Source: an uncultured delta proteobacterium (lineage in GTDB: Bacteria; Desulfobacterota; Syntrophia; Syntrophales; Smithellaceae). From it: a DNA stretch of 64,000 nucleotides. Positions within the stretch are counted from its first letter, which is position 1; every line of letters begins with the position of its first letter. Made by a program: the position numbers and the translations under genes. Location: NCBI GenBank assembly GCA_963753975.1, contig CAVWEH010000002.1, positions 512,001 to 576,000 of the forward strand. The letters are read 5' to 3'. Below are positions 40,929 through 51,700 of this stretch, one piece after another. Under the pieces are notes generated by a model. That model saw only the letters and a list, made by a program, of their open reading frames with translations. It was not told the DNA's origin and searched no databases.

Positions 40929-41179
40929 AAATAATTAACTTGTTATAGACGAAAGCTCGCTGATTCGGCTTGCAGTGAGCTTTTTTATTAGCGCAGATAT
41001 AAGATAGCGTGACTTGAAGACATATATAAGATTGTCTGAGCAAGAATGACCGTTAAAAAACCTTGCCCCGACGCCTAAGGGGCAGGCAATTTTATCCAGA
41101 TATATTTTCTTTATAGCAAACTCATACTTCATTTTTTTGACAGCACGATCGTACTCTAACTATTTCCAATGAGAAAATA

Positions 41180-41256
41180 TGGTCGGGGCGGCAGGATTTG
41201 AACCTGCGACATCCTGCTCCCAAAGCAGGCGCGCTACCAGGCTGCGCTACGCCCCG
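41180..41256 (-). tRNA. tRNA-Pro(TGG)
   Basis: CGGGGCGTAGCGCAGCCTGGTAGCGCGCCTGCTTTGGGAGCAGG...GGTTCAAATCC...CCCCGACCA. Confidence 0.96.
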
Positions 41257-41858
41257 ATTTTTAAATTTTTTGATTTTTCCTGCAGGCTTTTTTTAAGTTG
41301 GGCAAATGCCTGCCCACGATGGCTTACTTTATTTTTGATTTTCGCTGACAATTCGGCCGCGGTCATTTTTAATTCCGGCACCATAAAAACAGGATCATAA
41401 CCGAATCCATTATTGCCGCGCGGTTCATCAATAATTCGTCCGCGCCATTTACCTTCAAAACAATCATAACTGCCATCTATTCTGTAGAGCACCAGCACAC
41501 AGAAAAAAGTGGCTCCTCTCTTTTCCTGTGGAATTCCTTTTAATCTGGCAATAAGCTTAGCAATATTCTCCTCATCAGTGGCGTTTTCTCCGGCATAACG
41601 CGAAGAATGAATTCCCGGTTCACCTCCCAATACATCCACTTGCAATCCGGAATCGTCAGCCAAAACTGTTTCGCCGGTAAATTCCGAGACTATCTTTGCT
41701 TTTTTCAGCGCATTGGCGAAGAAACTGTTTCCATCTTCAACAATCTCCGGGGCATTATCATAATTATTTAAGGAAACCAATTTTACATCTAGCTCTTGAA
41801 GCATAGCCCTAATTTCTTTTACTTTTCCTTCATTACGGGAAGCAAATACTATTTTCAA
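41247..41858 (-). CDS. rdgB: dITP/XTP pyrophosphatase
   Basis: ASRNEGK, ADDSGL, GFGYDP, SHRG. Confidence 0.95.
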   Translation of the reverse strand: MKIVFASRNEGKVKEIRAMLQELDVKLVSLNNYDNAPEIVEDGNSFFANALKKAKIVSEFTGETVLADDSGLQVDVLGGEPGIHSSRYAGENATDEENIAKLIARLKGIPQEKRGATFFCVLVLYRIDGSYDCFEGKWRGRIIDEPRGNNGFGYDPVFMVPELKMTAAELSAKIKNKVSHRGQAFAQLKKSLQEKSKNLKIGA

Positions 41859-42586
41859 TGCGTCAGATCCCCTACAATTTCTTTTTGCCGGGCAATGATC
41901 TTTTGAATGCCTCCGGACGCCAGATCGGTCATCTTGTTTAATTGTTCCTTATTAAAAGGAACATGCTCTGCTGTGCCCTGTACCTCGATTATGAGACCGG
42001 ACCCGGTCATGACAAAATTCATATCCACATCGGCCTGCGAATCTTCCGTATATTCCAAATCAAGAAGAATTTGATTATCGACTATTCCGACACTGATCGC
42101 TGACACAAAATCGCTGATGGGAATTTCTTTTACCAGGCTATCTTGCTTTAATCTTTTAAATAAATCTACCAGGGCTACAAAACCGCCCGTAATTGACGCG
42201 GTTCTGGTGCCACCATCAGCCTGAATTACATCGCAATCTACATAAACAGTTTTTTCACCAAAATCAGCCAACTTGGTCACCGCTCTCAATGATCTGCCGA
42301 TCAGCCTTTGGATTTCATGCGTTCGGCCGCCCAAACGTCCACGAGAAGATTCCCTTACGGTTCTAGTTTGAGTGGACATGGGCAGCATGGAATATTCGGC
42401 TGTTAACCACCCTTTCCCCGTATTTTTTAAGAAGGGTGCAGGTTTGTCCTCCAAATAGGCGGTGCAAATTACCTTGGTATTGCCGAACTCCACCAAAACA
42501 GAACCGGCAGCACTTTTTAAATAATTATTGGTTATTCTGATGGGTCTTAGTTCATCAAATTTTCTACCTGAACTTCTTTTATTCAC
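41855..42586 (-). CDS. rph: Ribonuclease PH
   Basis: [29 protein letters not shown]. Confidence 0.98.
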   Translation of the reverse strand: MNKRSSGRKFDELRPIRITNNYLKSAAGSVLVEFGNTKVICTAYLEDKPAPFLKNTGKGWLTAEYSMLPMSTQTRTVRESSRGRLGGRTHEIQRLIGRSLRAVTKLADFGEKTVYVDCDVIQADGGTRTASITGGFVALVDLFKRLKQDSLVKEIPISDFVSAISVGIVDNQILLDLEYTEDSQADVDMNFVMTGSGLIIEVQGTAEHVPFNKEQLNKMTDLASGGIQKIIARQKEIVGDLTH

Positions 42587-42589
42587 AAA

Positions 42590-43282
42590 TCACCTGAAAA
42601 ACGATTTAATGCTCTTGGCCAATGCTCCGGCAATTTCAACTTGCGTATCGGGGGAAAGCAATTTTTTTTTGTCTTCGGAATTAGTGGCAAATCCTATTTC
42701 CACAACTAAAGCCGGCACGGCTAAGCCGTCAATTATCGGCAGATCAGCTTCCCTCAATCCTCTGCTTTTTCGGGGAAATAAAGCATCTAAGTTCTTTTGA
42801 ATAAGATGGGACATTTTAACGGAATCATTGAGATATCTATTTTTTACCCGCCGCGCGCTAACATTAACCGCCGTTTTTTTTCCCGTTATATCCTTAAAAC
42901 CCGTATAATACAGCTCAAATCCGGACGCATTTTTACCAAATCCGGAGTTAATATGAATACTTAAAAAAAAGTCCGGTTTGATTTTTTCAACAATTTTTTT
43001 TCGCTCTTCCAGACTAAGCTCCCTGTCGGAATCGCGGGTTAAGATGATCTGCAAATTATTTTCTGGAGCAAGTTCTTTCTGCAGGGCTGAAGCAATAATA
43101 AGGGTAATATCTTTTTCGTCAACCTTATCTTTTATTCTGACGCCTGAGTCTTCCCCCCCATGTGACGGATCAATGACAACGACATGCTTTTCTCCTGCTG
43201 CCAATGCCGGTAGCGCCATCCCTAGAAAAAAAGCCGCTATTAAAATGCCTATCCGCGATATTATTTCGGACTTATAGAACAT
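42590..43282 (-). CDS. N-acetylmuramoyl-L-alanine amidase (Amidase_3)
   Basis: IDPSHGGED, EKD, LSIHIN, VEIGF. Confidence 0.9.
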   Translation of the reverse strand: MFYKSEIISRIGILIAAFFLGMALPALAAGEKHVVVIDPSHGGEDSGVRIKDKVDEKDITLIIASALQKELAPENNLQIILTRDSDRELSLEERKKIVEKIKPDFFLSIHINSGFGKNASGFELYYTGFKDITGKKTAVNVSARRVKNRYLNDSVKMSHLIQKNLDALFPRKSRGLREADLPIIDGLAVPALVVEIGFATNSEDKKKLLSPDTQVEIAGALAKSIKSFFR

Positions 43283-43367
43283 AATTTCACCTGTTTATTT
43301 TGCGCTTGCTTATAGCAGAGTAGATGTGTTTGTCAACAGCCAATATGGCTATAGTTCTCCGATTTCG

Positions 43368-45512
43368 TTATTGACGCATCCGTTCAACGGATTTAACAAA
43401 TTTCAGTTGTCTGATTGCCGAAAATATTTGATTAAGCTGATGCAAATCATTTACCTCAATTATGAAATTGCAGGTGGCGATCATATCGATTGTTTCCACT
43501 TGCGCATAACTGATATTAATATCAAATGATGAAATGACGGAGCTCACCTCCGTCAAAACGCCTTTGCGATCACTGCAGACCACTCTGATATGAACGGGAT
43601 AAGCATGCTTCTCCTTCATGTTCCATTCCACATCCACAATTCTATCCGCATCCAATCTTTTCAGATGAGGGCAAATTTGCGTATGAACTGTAATGCCTCG
43701 TCCGCGTGAAATGTAGCCGGATATTTCATCACCGGGGATAGGATTACAGCACTTCGCAAACTTAACCATTACGTCATCAATGCCTGGCAGTGATATGCCC
43801 AGTGACTCTGAAGCGGCGGCTGTTTTTTTCTTTATCTGTTCTTTGGTCTGTTCGGGAGCGCTGACTGATCCTTCCGCCAAAAAATGATTGACCACCTGCC
43901 GGGGCGATACTTGCCCAAAACCGACCTGGGAGATTAAATCGTCCAGAGAATTTACCGAGTATTCGGCAAATACTTTTTTAATTTCCTCCGATTTAACATA
44001 ATTGCCGAATTTTAAATTATGCCTTTTAAATTCCTTTTCCAATAAATCGCGCCCCAGGGCGAGGCTGCTCTTTTTTTCTTCCGCGTTAATCCAATTTCTG
44101 ATTTTGGAAATTGCTCTGGAAGTTACCACATACTTCAACCAATCCTTGCTGGGGTGGTGCCCTGCCTGCGTTATTATTTCCACGCGGTCGCCGTTTTGTA
44201 GTTCATACCTCAAAGGAACAATGTTCCTATTGACCTTGGCGCCGATGCACTGATTCCCAACATCGGTATGAATGCTATAGGCAAAATCAATGGGGGTCGC
44301 CCCTTTGGGGAAAGATTTAACATCGCCATTAGGGGTAAAAACGTAAACTTCTTCCGGAAACAGAGCCAGTTTCAAATTGGACATGAACTCTTTCGGATTT
44401 TTTATCTCCTGCTGGATTTCCAGCACTTCTCTGAGTTTTTTAATTTGGTTTTCTTCATTATCTTTGTAGGCGCGTCCTTCTTTATAGCGCCAGTGAGCCG
44501 CGATGCCTTTTTCCGCCCATTCGTGCATCGCTCTTGTGCGTATTTGTATTTCCAGTCTTTCCCCGTAAGGACCGACAACCGTAGTGTGCAGCGACTGATA
44601 ATTATTTGCTTTCGGCATAGCAATGTAATCTTTGAATCGTCCGGGTACCGGCTTCCACAAAGAGTGCACGATACTAAGAGTCTCATAGCAGGACTTTTCT
44701 TTATCCGAATCAAGTATTATGCGAAAAGCGATCAGATCATAAACTTCGTCAAAATTTATGTGCTGTTCATGCATTTTTTTGTAAATGCCATAAAGATGCT
44801 TCGCTCTTCCTTCCACTTCTCCTTTGATATTGAATTTTTCCAGTTCGGCATAAATAATATTTTTCACTTCCTCGGTATATTTATTGCGCGATTCATTAGA
44901 TTTTGCCAGCCGCGTGGATAATTCGTTATATGCCTCGGGAGAAAGGTGCTGAAACGACAGATCTTCCAGCTCTGTTTTCATCCAGTTGATTCCCAGACGA
45001 TTGGCCAGAGGCGCATATATGTCAATCGTTTCCCTGGCGATATAGATCCTTTTATCCGGCGGTTGATATTGCAATGTTCTCATATTATGAATGCGGTCGG
45101 CCAGACGCACCAATAATATGCGAATATCGGAAGACATGGCTAGAATCATCTTACGGAAATTTTCCGCTTGTCTTTCCTCTTGAGACCCGAAAGAAATAAG
45201 ACTGAGCTTTGTTAACCCGTTGACCAGGAAAGCTACATCTTTGCCGAATTCGTTTTCTATTTGCGCCGTTGTGGTTAAAGTATCTTCCACCGCATCATGC
45301 AATAACCCGCTAATGATCGTCGCGGCATCCACTTTCATGTCCGCGAGAATTCCCGCCACTTCCATCGGATGGGTGAGATAGGGTTCGCCGGACAATCTTA
45401 CCTGTCCCTGATGCACCGTAGCCGAGTAGATGTAAGCTTTCTTGATCATCTCCAAGTCTTCCGGAGGCAAGTACGATTGGGTTTTATCGAGAATATCAGT
45501 GATGCGTAACAT
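43368..45512 (-). CDS. spoT: Bifunctional (p)ppGpp synthetase/hydrolase RelA/SpoT
   Basis: HD motif LLHDAVED, RFKDYIA, YQSLHT, TGS and ACT domains. Confidence 0.95.
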   Translation of the reverse strand: MLRITDILDKTQSYLPPEDLEMIKKAYIYSATVHQGQVRLSGEPYLTHPMEVAGILADMKVDAATIISGLLHDAVEDTLTTTAQIENEFGKDVAFLVNGLTKLSLISFGSQEERQAENFRKMILAMSSDIRILLVRLADRIHNMRTLQYQPPDKRIYIARETIDIYAPLANRLGINWMKTELEDLSFQHLSPEAYNELSTRLAKSNESRNKYTEEVKNIIYAELEKFNIKGEVEGRAKHLYGIYKKMHEQHINFDEVYDLIAFRIILDSDKEKSCYETLSIVHSLWKPVPGRFKDYIAMPKANNYQSLHTTVVGPYGERLEIQIRTRAMHEWAEKGIAAHWRYKEGRAYKDNEENQIKKLREVLEIQQEIKNPKEFMSNLKLALFPEEVYVFTPNGDVKSFPKGATPIDFAYSIHTDVGNQCIGAKVNRNIVPLRYELQNGDRVEIITQAGHHPSKDWLKYVVTSRAISKIRNWINAEEKKSSLALGRDLLEKEFKRHNLKFGNYVKSEEIKKVFAEYSVNSLDDLISQVGFGQVSPRQVVNHFLAEGSVSAPEQTKEQIKKKTAAASESLGISLPGIDDVMVKFAKCCNPIPGDEISGYISRGRGITVHTQICPHLKRLDADRIVDVEWNMKEKHAYPVHIRVVCSDRKGVLTEVSSVISSFDINISYAQVETIDMIATCNFIIEVNDLHQLNQIFSAIRQLKFVKSVERMRQ

Positions 45513-45540
45513 TAAAGTTCCCAGCTAAATTGACTTGCGG

Positions 45541-47268
45541 CTATAACAAGCCTGCCTTTAATGATTCAGCGATAAATGCTTTCACTTCCTGAATAATCTT
45601 TGGCAGCGGATACAGTTTATTTTCACCGGTTTTTCTGATTTTCAATTCCACATTCCCATCAGCCAGGTTCTTCTGTCCGACGGTAATTCTCAGGGGAATC
45701 CCGATTAAATCGGCATCCTTGAACTTTACGCCGGCTCTTTCATCCCGGTCATCGAAAATAACCTCCATTCCCTCGGCCAACATTGAAATATAAAGATTTT
45801 CTGCAGCCGCGAAGATATTTTTTTCGTTCACATTCACCGGGGTAATAATTACATGATATGGCGCCAAAGGCATAGGCCAGATAATCCCATCTTTATCGTT
45901 ATTTTGTTCGATGCAGGCGGCAACTGTTCGGCCAATGCCGATTCCGTAGCAACCCATAATCATGATTTTTTCCTGGCCGTCTTTATCCAAATACGCTGCC
46001 TTCATCGCTTGACTGTATTTTGTGCCTAGTTCAAAGACATGGCCTACTTCAATGCCCCGCGCGAATTGGATATTGCCGCCGCAGCGAGGGCAGAAATCAT
46101 TTTTTTCCACGACACGCAAGTCGGCGAAATCTTCGATATTAAAATCCCTGTCCATATTGACATTCTTCAGATGATAATTTTCCTTATTGGCGCCCATGAC
46201 AAAATTGACCATATTCATTATAGAATAATCGGCAATCACCCGCGCCTTAATTTTGACGGCGCCGGCAAATCCCCGCGGTGCGCCTGTCGCTTTTTTAATC
46301 AGTTCATCATCGGCCAGTTCCAGTTCGGTCGCGCCCAGATAGTTTTTTACCTTGATTTCATTTACTTCCTGATCACCCCGGATAAGCACGGCGCAAGGCA
46401 CGCCGTCGGCACTGAAAATCAATGTTTTTACAATCTCTTGAGGTCTAACATTCAAAAACGAGCTGACTTCTTCGATTGTCCGCACGTTTGGTGTATGAAC
46501 ATTTTGCAACGGCAACCAATCTTTTTTAGTCGTCTTTTCCTTTTTCGGCGGCGCTACTTCAGCTTTTTCCAAGTTAGCCGCATATGTGCATTTTTCACAA
46601 AACACCATGGCATCCTCACCGGATTCAGCCATAACCATAAATTCATGCGAATATTTACCACCGATACTGCCGGAATCCGCTTCCACCGAACGGAATATCA
46701 GCCCGCAGCGGCGGAAAATATTATTATAAGCGGCAAACATCTTTTCATAACTTATTCGGGCGCCCTCTTCATCGGCATCAAAACTGTAAGCGTCCTTCAT
46801 GCCGAATTCCCGGCACCGCATTACACCAAAGCGCGGACGCATTTCATCACGGAATTTTGTCTGAATTTGATAAAGATTACGGGGTAACTGACGATACGTT
46901 TTCACGTCATTGCGGACTAAATCAGTAATTACCTCTTCGTGAGTCGGCCCCAGGCAATACTCCCGTTCATGACGGTCGCGAAATCTTAAAAGCTCCTTAC
47001 CATAATGTATCCACCTGCCTGATTCCTGCCAAAGCTCCGCTGGTTGCACCATCGGCAGATAAACCTCCTCTGCTCCGGCCTTATTCATTTCCTCCCGCAC
47101 AATTTGCTCTACCTTGCGAATAACACGATAGCCCAGAGGCAAATATGAATATATGCCGCTGGTTAATTTTCTGATCATCCCGGCCCTAATCATTAATTGA
47201 TGGCTGATAACCTCAGCATCGGAAGGAACTTCTCTTCCCGTGGGCAAATGCATTTCCGAATAGCGCAT
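45541..47268 (-). CDS. proS: Proline--tRNA ligase
   Basis: LGPTHEE, KFRDEMRPRFG, GIEVGHVF, MGCYGIG. Confidence 0.98.
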   Translation of the reverse strand: MRYSEMHLPTGREVPSDAEVISHQLMIRAGMIRKLTSGIYSYLPLGYRVIRKVEQIVREEMNKAGAEEVYLPMVQPAELWQESGRWIHYGKELLRFRDRHEREYCLGPTHEEVITDLVRNDVKTYRQLPRNLYQIQTKFRDEMRPRFGVMRCREFGMKDAYSFDADEEGARISYEKMFAAYNNIFRRCGLIFRSVEADSGSIGGKYSHEFMVMAESGEDAMVFCEKCTYAANLEKAEVAPPKKEKTTKKDWLPLQNVHTPNVRTIEEVSSFLNVRPQEIVKTLIFSADGVPCAVLIRGDQEVNEIKVKNYLGATELELADDELIKKATGAPRGFAGAVKIKARVIADYSIMNMVNFVMGANKENYHLKNVNMDRDFNIEDFADLRVVEKNDFCPRCGGNIQFARGIEVGHVFELGTKYSQAMKAAYLDKDGQEKIMIMGCYGIGIGRTVAACIEQNNDKDGIIWPMPLAPYHVIITPVNVNEKNIFAAAENLYISMLAEGMEVIFDDRDERAGVKFKDADLIGIPLRITVGQKNLADGNVELKIRKTGENKLYPLPKIIQEVKAFIAESLKAGLL

Positions 47269-48354
47269 TAAACCTCCTTTTCCCCCTCAAGCATCGAATT
47301 TATCTCTTCCAATAAAACCGGCACAAAGTTTTTTTCGGCGATTTTTTTTGTGGCTTTACCCTTTTTAAAAAGCATGCCGGAACCACGGCCTCCGGCAATA
47401 CCGATATCCGCATCGGCCGCCTCACCCGGACCATTGACAACACAGCCCATCAAGGCAACTTTCAAATATTCTTTCTTTCCGCTGAGTGCTTTTTCTATTT
47501 TTTTAGTCAACGCCGGAAGATCGATTTGACAACGTCCGCAAGTAGGGCAGGAAACAATTTCCGGCCCGACCATTCTAATTCTCAATGCGCGCAAAATGCT
47601 GTAAGCCACAGGAATCTCCGCAAGAGGATTGCCGGTCACGGAAACTCGAATTGTATCGCCAATGCCTGCATAAAGAAGCGTCCCTATGCCCAGTGCTGAT
47701 TTTATCGCGGCATCAACCAAAGTTCCGGCCTCCGTCACACCCAAGTGCAGCGGATAATCAGTTTTAGCCGCGATTAGGCGGTATGCTTCAATCATCGTCA
47801 GAACATCCGATGATTTAAGCGATAATTTAATTAAGTCAAATCCTTCATCCTCAAAAATCTCAATATTTCTTAAAGCACTGGCAACGAGGGCTTCCGGAAC
47901 CGGACCGCCATATTTCTTGGCCAAATCTTTCTCGAGCGAACCGGCGTTGACGCCTAGGCGAATAACAGTCCTCCGTTCTTTTGCCGTTTTTACGATCTCG
48001 CGGATCTTATTCTTTATCAATATTACCGGGATTAATTCTTATGCCATCCGCCCCCAGCTTCATGGCATCGAGTGCCAACTGATAATGGAAGTGGATGTCG
48101 GCAATGAGCGGCAGGCGTATCCTTTTTTTGATTTCCGGAATTGCCATGACGGCATTATGATCAGGCACGGCAATACGGACAATTTCGCAGCCGGCTTCCG
48201 CGAGTGCGTTTATTTGGGCAGACGTGGCTTTTACGTCACGGGTATCCGTATTAGTCATGGATTGCACCACCACAGGTGCGTCTCCGCCTATCGGCACACC
48301 TCCAAGATTAATTATTCTTGCTTTTCTCCTCTTGATTGATGATGAGTGCTCCAC
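47268..48354 (-). CDS. ispG: HMBPP synthase IspG, split by an apparent +1 frameshift near 48012-48015
   Basis: 5' ORF has VQSMTNT, ADIHF, RINPGNI; 3' ORF has [33 protein letters not shown]. Confidence 0.93.
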
Positions 48355-48681
48355 TTGGCGCCAGCTTTCTACGATTTTTTATATTTAAATTTATAACATG
48401 CGAATTGATCTTCGGCAATGGCTAATTTGATTGGAAAACTGCCAAGGCAATAATATCGTTAAAATAATAAATGTTGGCATAACACCTAAAAGCGGGGTCT
48501 CATTTTGCCAATATTTCTTGAATAATTTCTCTTTTGAGCGTTGTATTTGCTCTTCGGTATACTCTCACTAATTCTTTCAAATAGGCAAAGCAACCATCCA
48601 GAGAATTTGTTGTATTGGGAATATTGAATTCCGGATATTTCTGGTAGGTAAACAGATAAAGCCAAGTCAAATCTACAAAAT

Positions 48682-48721
48682 GAAGAGGGGCTGCCTGTAT
48701 CAGTACAAGCAGCCCCTCTTC
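48682..48721 (-). terminator. Hairpin downstream of the RTX gene
   Basis: GAAGAGGGGCTGC...GCAGCCCCTCTTC, 13-bp perfect stem. Confidence 0.7.
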
Positions 48722-48765
48722 TCAAATAGCCTTCACGAGTTCTAATACCACTATGCTGTTAAATT

Positions 48766-51700
48766 TTACTTCCAGCTCTGCGCCAGGATATTCTGGTATT
48801 GCTGGTCATTCATCATCGCCGTGTATTTCTGCAGGACGTCCATACCGGAATCATTGTTGATTGCGCTCATTGTGTTCACGATGGTTTCGATATCCTGCCG
48901 GGTGATGTAATGACCATCCGTAACTTCCAGTCTTTCAATTCCATAATTTGTCTGTTGGAATTCCCCAGCTATCTTCATGTAGTTATTGGCATCGATAAAT
49001 ACATAAAGATCGTTGTTTTGCTTGACTAGAACCGGCTCGGTCGTGGTTATTCCGTCAGTAAGCTTGAGATTATCTATATCGCCGCTCACGCCGGCAGTTT
49101 CATTGAGTGTATCCTGTCCATCTGTTCTGCGGAAAAGATACGTATCACTGCCGTTGCCGCCGGCCAGTATGTCGTTACCGGCACCGCCATCGAGTGTATC
49201 ATTGCCATACTGGCCAGAAAGAGTGTCGTTGCCATCCCCCCCAAGCAAGGTACTGTTGCCGTAGTAACCCGCTGTCAAAACGTCATCACCAGAACCACCA
49301 TCCAATATATCGTTGCCATACCAGCCACCTCTTAAAGTGTCGTTACCATCCCCGCCAAGCAAGGTACTGTTGCCGTAGTAACCCGCCGTCAAAACATCAT
49401 TCCCAGAACCACCATCCAATATATCGTTACCGTAGGTGCCGCCAGTTATTGTGTCGTTGCCACCTAAACCATAAATGGTATTGTTATGATCATAAACCGC
49501 CACCCCTGTAAGATTGTCATTCCCTTCTGTACCCGTAATGGGCAAAATCTCCGCCCTGCCGCCTATATCTGCAGCCGTCAGTACCGTACCATCGGCAAAA
49601 CGAAAATTGTCCACCTGATAATACCCAGAACTAAACCAGTTCTTTACAGTTAATGTCTCCCCCGTATCCTTGATCCGCAAAACAAGATCGCCGCCCGCAT
49701 TGAGGCCATAACCAATGTAATCAAAAGAATCAACCGTCAACCCCTCCCCAAACTGAACAGTGTCCGTACCGTTATAACTATTATTATCACGCTGGATAAT
49801 GTCATTGCCGGAACCTCTCCCATAGATGAACTTGTCGTCACCGCGACCGCCGTATAAATAGTCGTTACCGGCACCGCCATCGAGTGTATCATTGCCATAC
49901 TGGCCAGAAAGAGTGTCGTTGCCATCCCCCCCAAGCAAGGTACTGTTGCCGTAGTAACCCGCTGTCAAAACGTCATCACCAGAACCACCATCCAATATAT
50001 CGTTGCCATACCAGCCACCTCTTAAAGTGTCGTTACCATCCCCGCCAAGCAAGGTACTGTTGCCGTAGTAACCCGCCGTCAAAACATCATTCCCAGAACC
50101 ACCATCCAATATATCGTTACCGTAGGTGCCGCCAGTTATTGTGTCGTTGCCACCTAAACCATAAATGGTATTGTTATGATCATAAACCGCCACCCCTGTA
50201 AGATTGTCATTCCCTTCTGTACCCGTAATGGGCAAAATCTCCGCCCTGCCGCCTATATCTGCAGCCGTCAGTACCGTACCATCGGCAAAACGAAAATTGT
50301 CCACCTGATAATACCCAGAACTAAACCAGTTCTTTACAGTTAATGTCTCCCCCGTATCCTTGATCCGCAAAACAAGATCGCCGCCCGCATTGAGGCCATA
50401 ACCAATGTAATCAAAAGAATCAACCGTCAACCCCTCCCCAAACTGAACAGTGTCCGTACCGTTATAACTATTATTATCACGCTGGATAATGTCATTGCCG
50501 GAACCTCTCCCATAGATGAACTTGTCGTCACCGCGACCGCCGTATAAATAGTCGTTACCGGCACCGCCATCGAGTGTATCATTGCCATACTGGCCAGAAA
50601 GAGTGTCGTTGCCATCCCCCCCAAGCAAGGTACTGTTGCCGTAGTAACCCGCTGTCAAAACGTCATCACCAGAACCACCATCCAATATATCGTTGCCATA
50701 CCAGCCACCTCTTAAAGTGTCGTTACCATCCCCGCCAAGCAAGGTACTGTTGCCGTAGTAACCCGCCGTCAAAACATCATTCCCAGAACCACCATCCAAT
50801 ATATCGTTACCGTAGGTGCCGCCAGTTATTGTGTCGTTGCCACCTAAACCATAAATGGTATTGTTATGATCATAAACCGCCACCCCTGTAAGATTGTCAT
50901 TCCCTTCTGTACCCGTAATGGGCAAAATCTCCGCCCTGCCGCCTATATCTGCAGCCGTCAGTACCGTACCATCGGCAAAACGAAAATTGTCCACCTGATA
51001 ATACCCAGAACTAAACCAGTTCTTTACAGTTAATGTCTCCCCCGTATCCTTGATCCGCAAAACAAGATCGCCGCCCGCATTGAGGCCATAACCAATGTAA
51101 TCAAAAGAATCAACCGTCAACCCCTCCCCAAACTGAACAGTGTCCGTACCGTTATAACTATTATTATCACGCTGGATAATGTCATTGCCGGAACCTCTCC
51201 CATAGATGAACTTGTCGTCACCGCGACCGCCGTATAAATAGTCGTTACCGGCACCGCCATCGAGTGTATCATTGCCATACTGGCCAGAAAGAGTGTCGTT
51301 GCCATCCCCCCCAAGCAAGGTACTGTTGCCGTAGTAACCCGCTGTCAAAACGTCATCACCAGAACCACCATCCAATATATCGTTGCCATACCAGCCACCT
51401 CTTAAAGTGTCGTTACCATCCCCGCCAAGCAAGGTACTGTTGCCGTAGTAACCCGCCGTCAAAACATCATTCCCAGAACCACCATCCAATATATCGTTAC
51501 CGTAGGTGCCGCCAGTTATTGTGTCGTTGCCACCTAAACCATAAATGGTATTGTTATGATCATAAACCGCCACCCCTGTAAGATTGTCATTCCCTTCTGT
51601 ACCCGTAATGGGCAAAATCTCCGCCCTGCCGCCTATATCTGCAGCCGTCAGTACCGTACCATCGGCAAAACGAAAATTGTCCACCTGATAATACCCAGAA

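Noticed and set aside
46039..46887. Long antisense ORFs over proS, spoT, argF and hslU
   Set aside because: Opposite-strand shadows of well-supported housekeeping genes.
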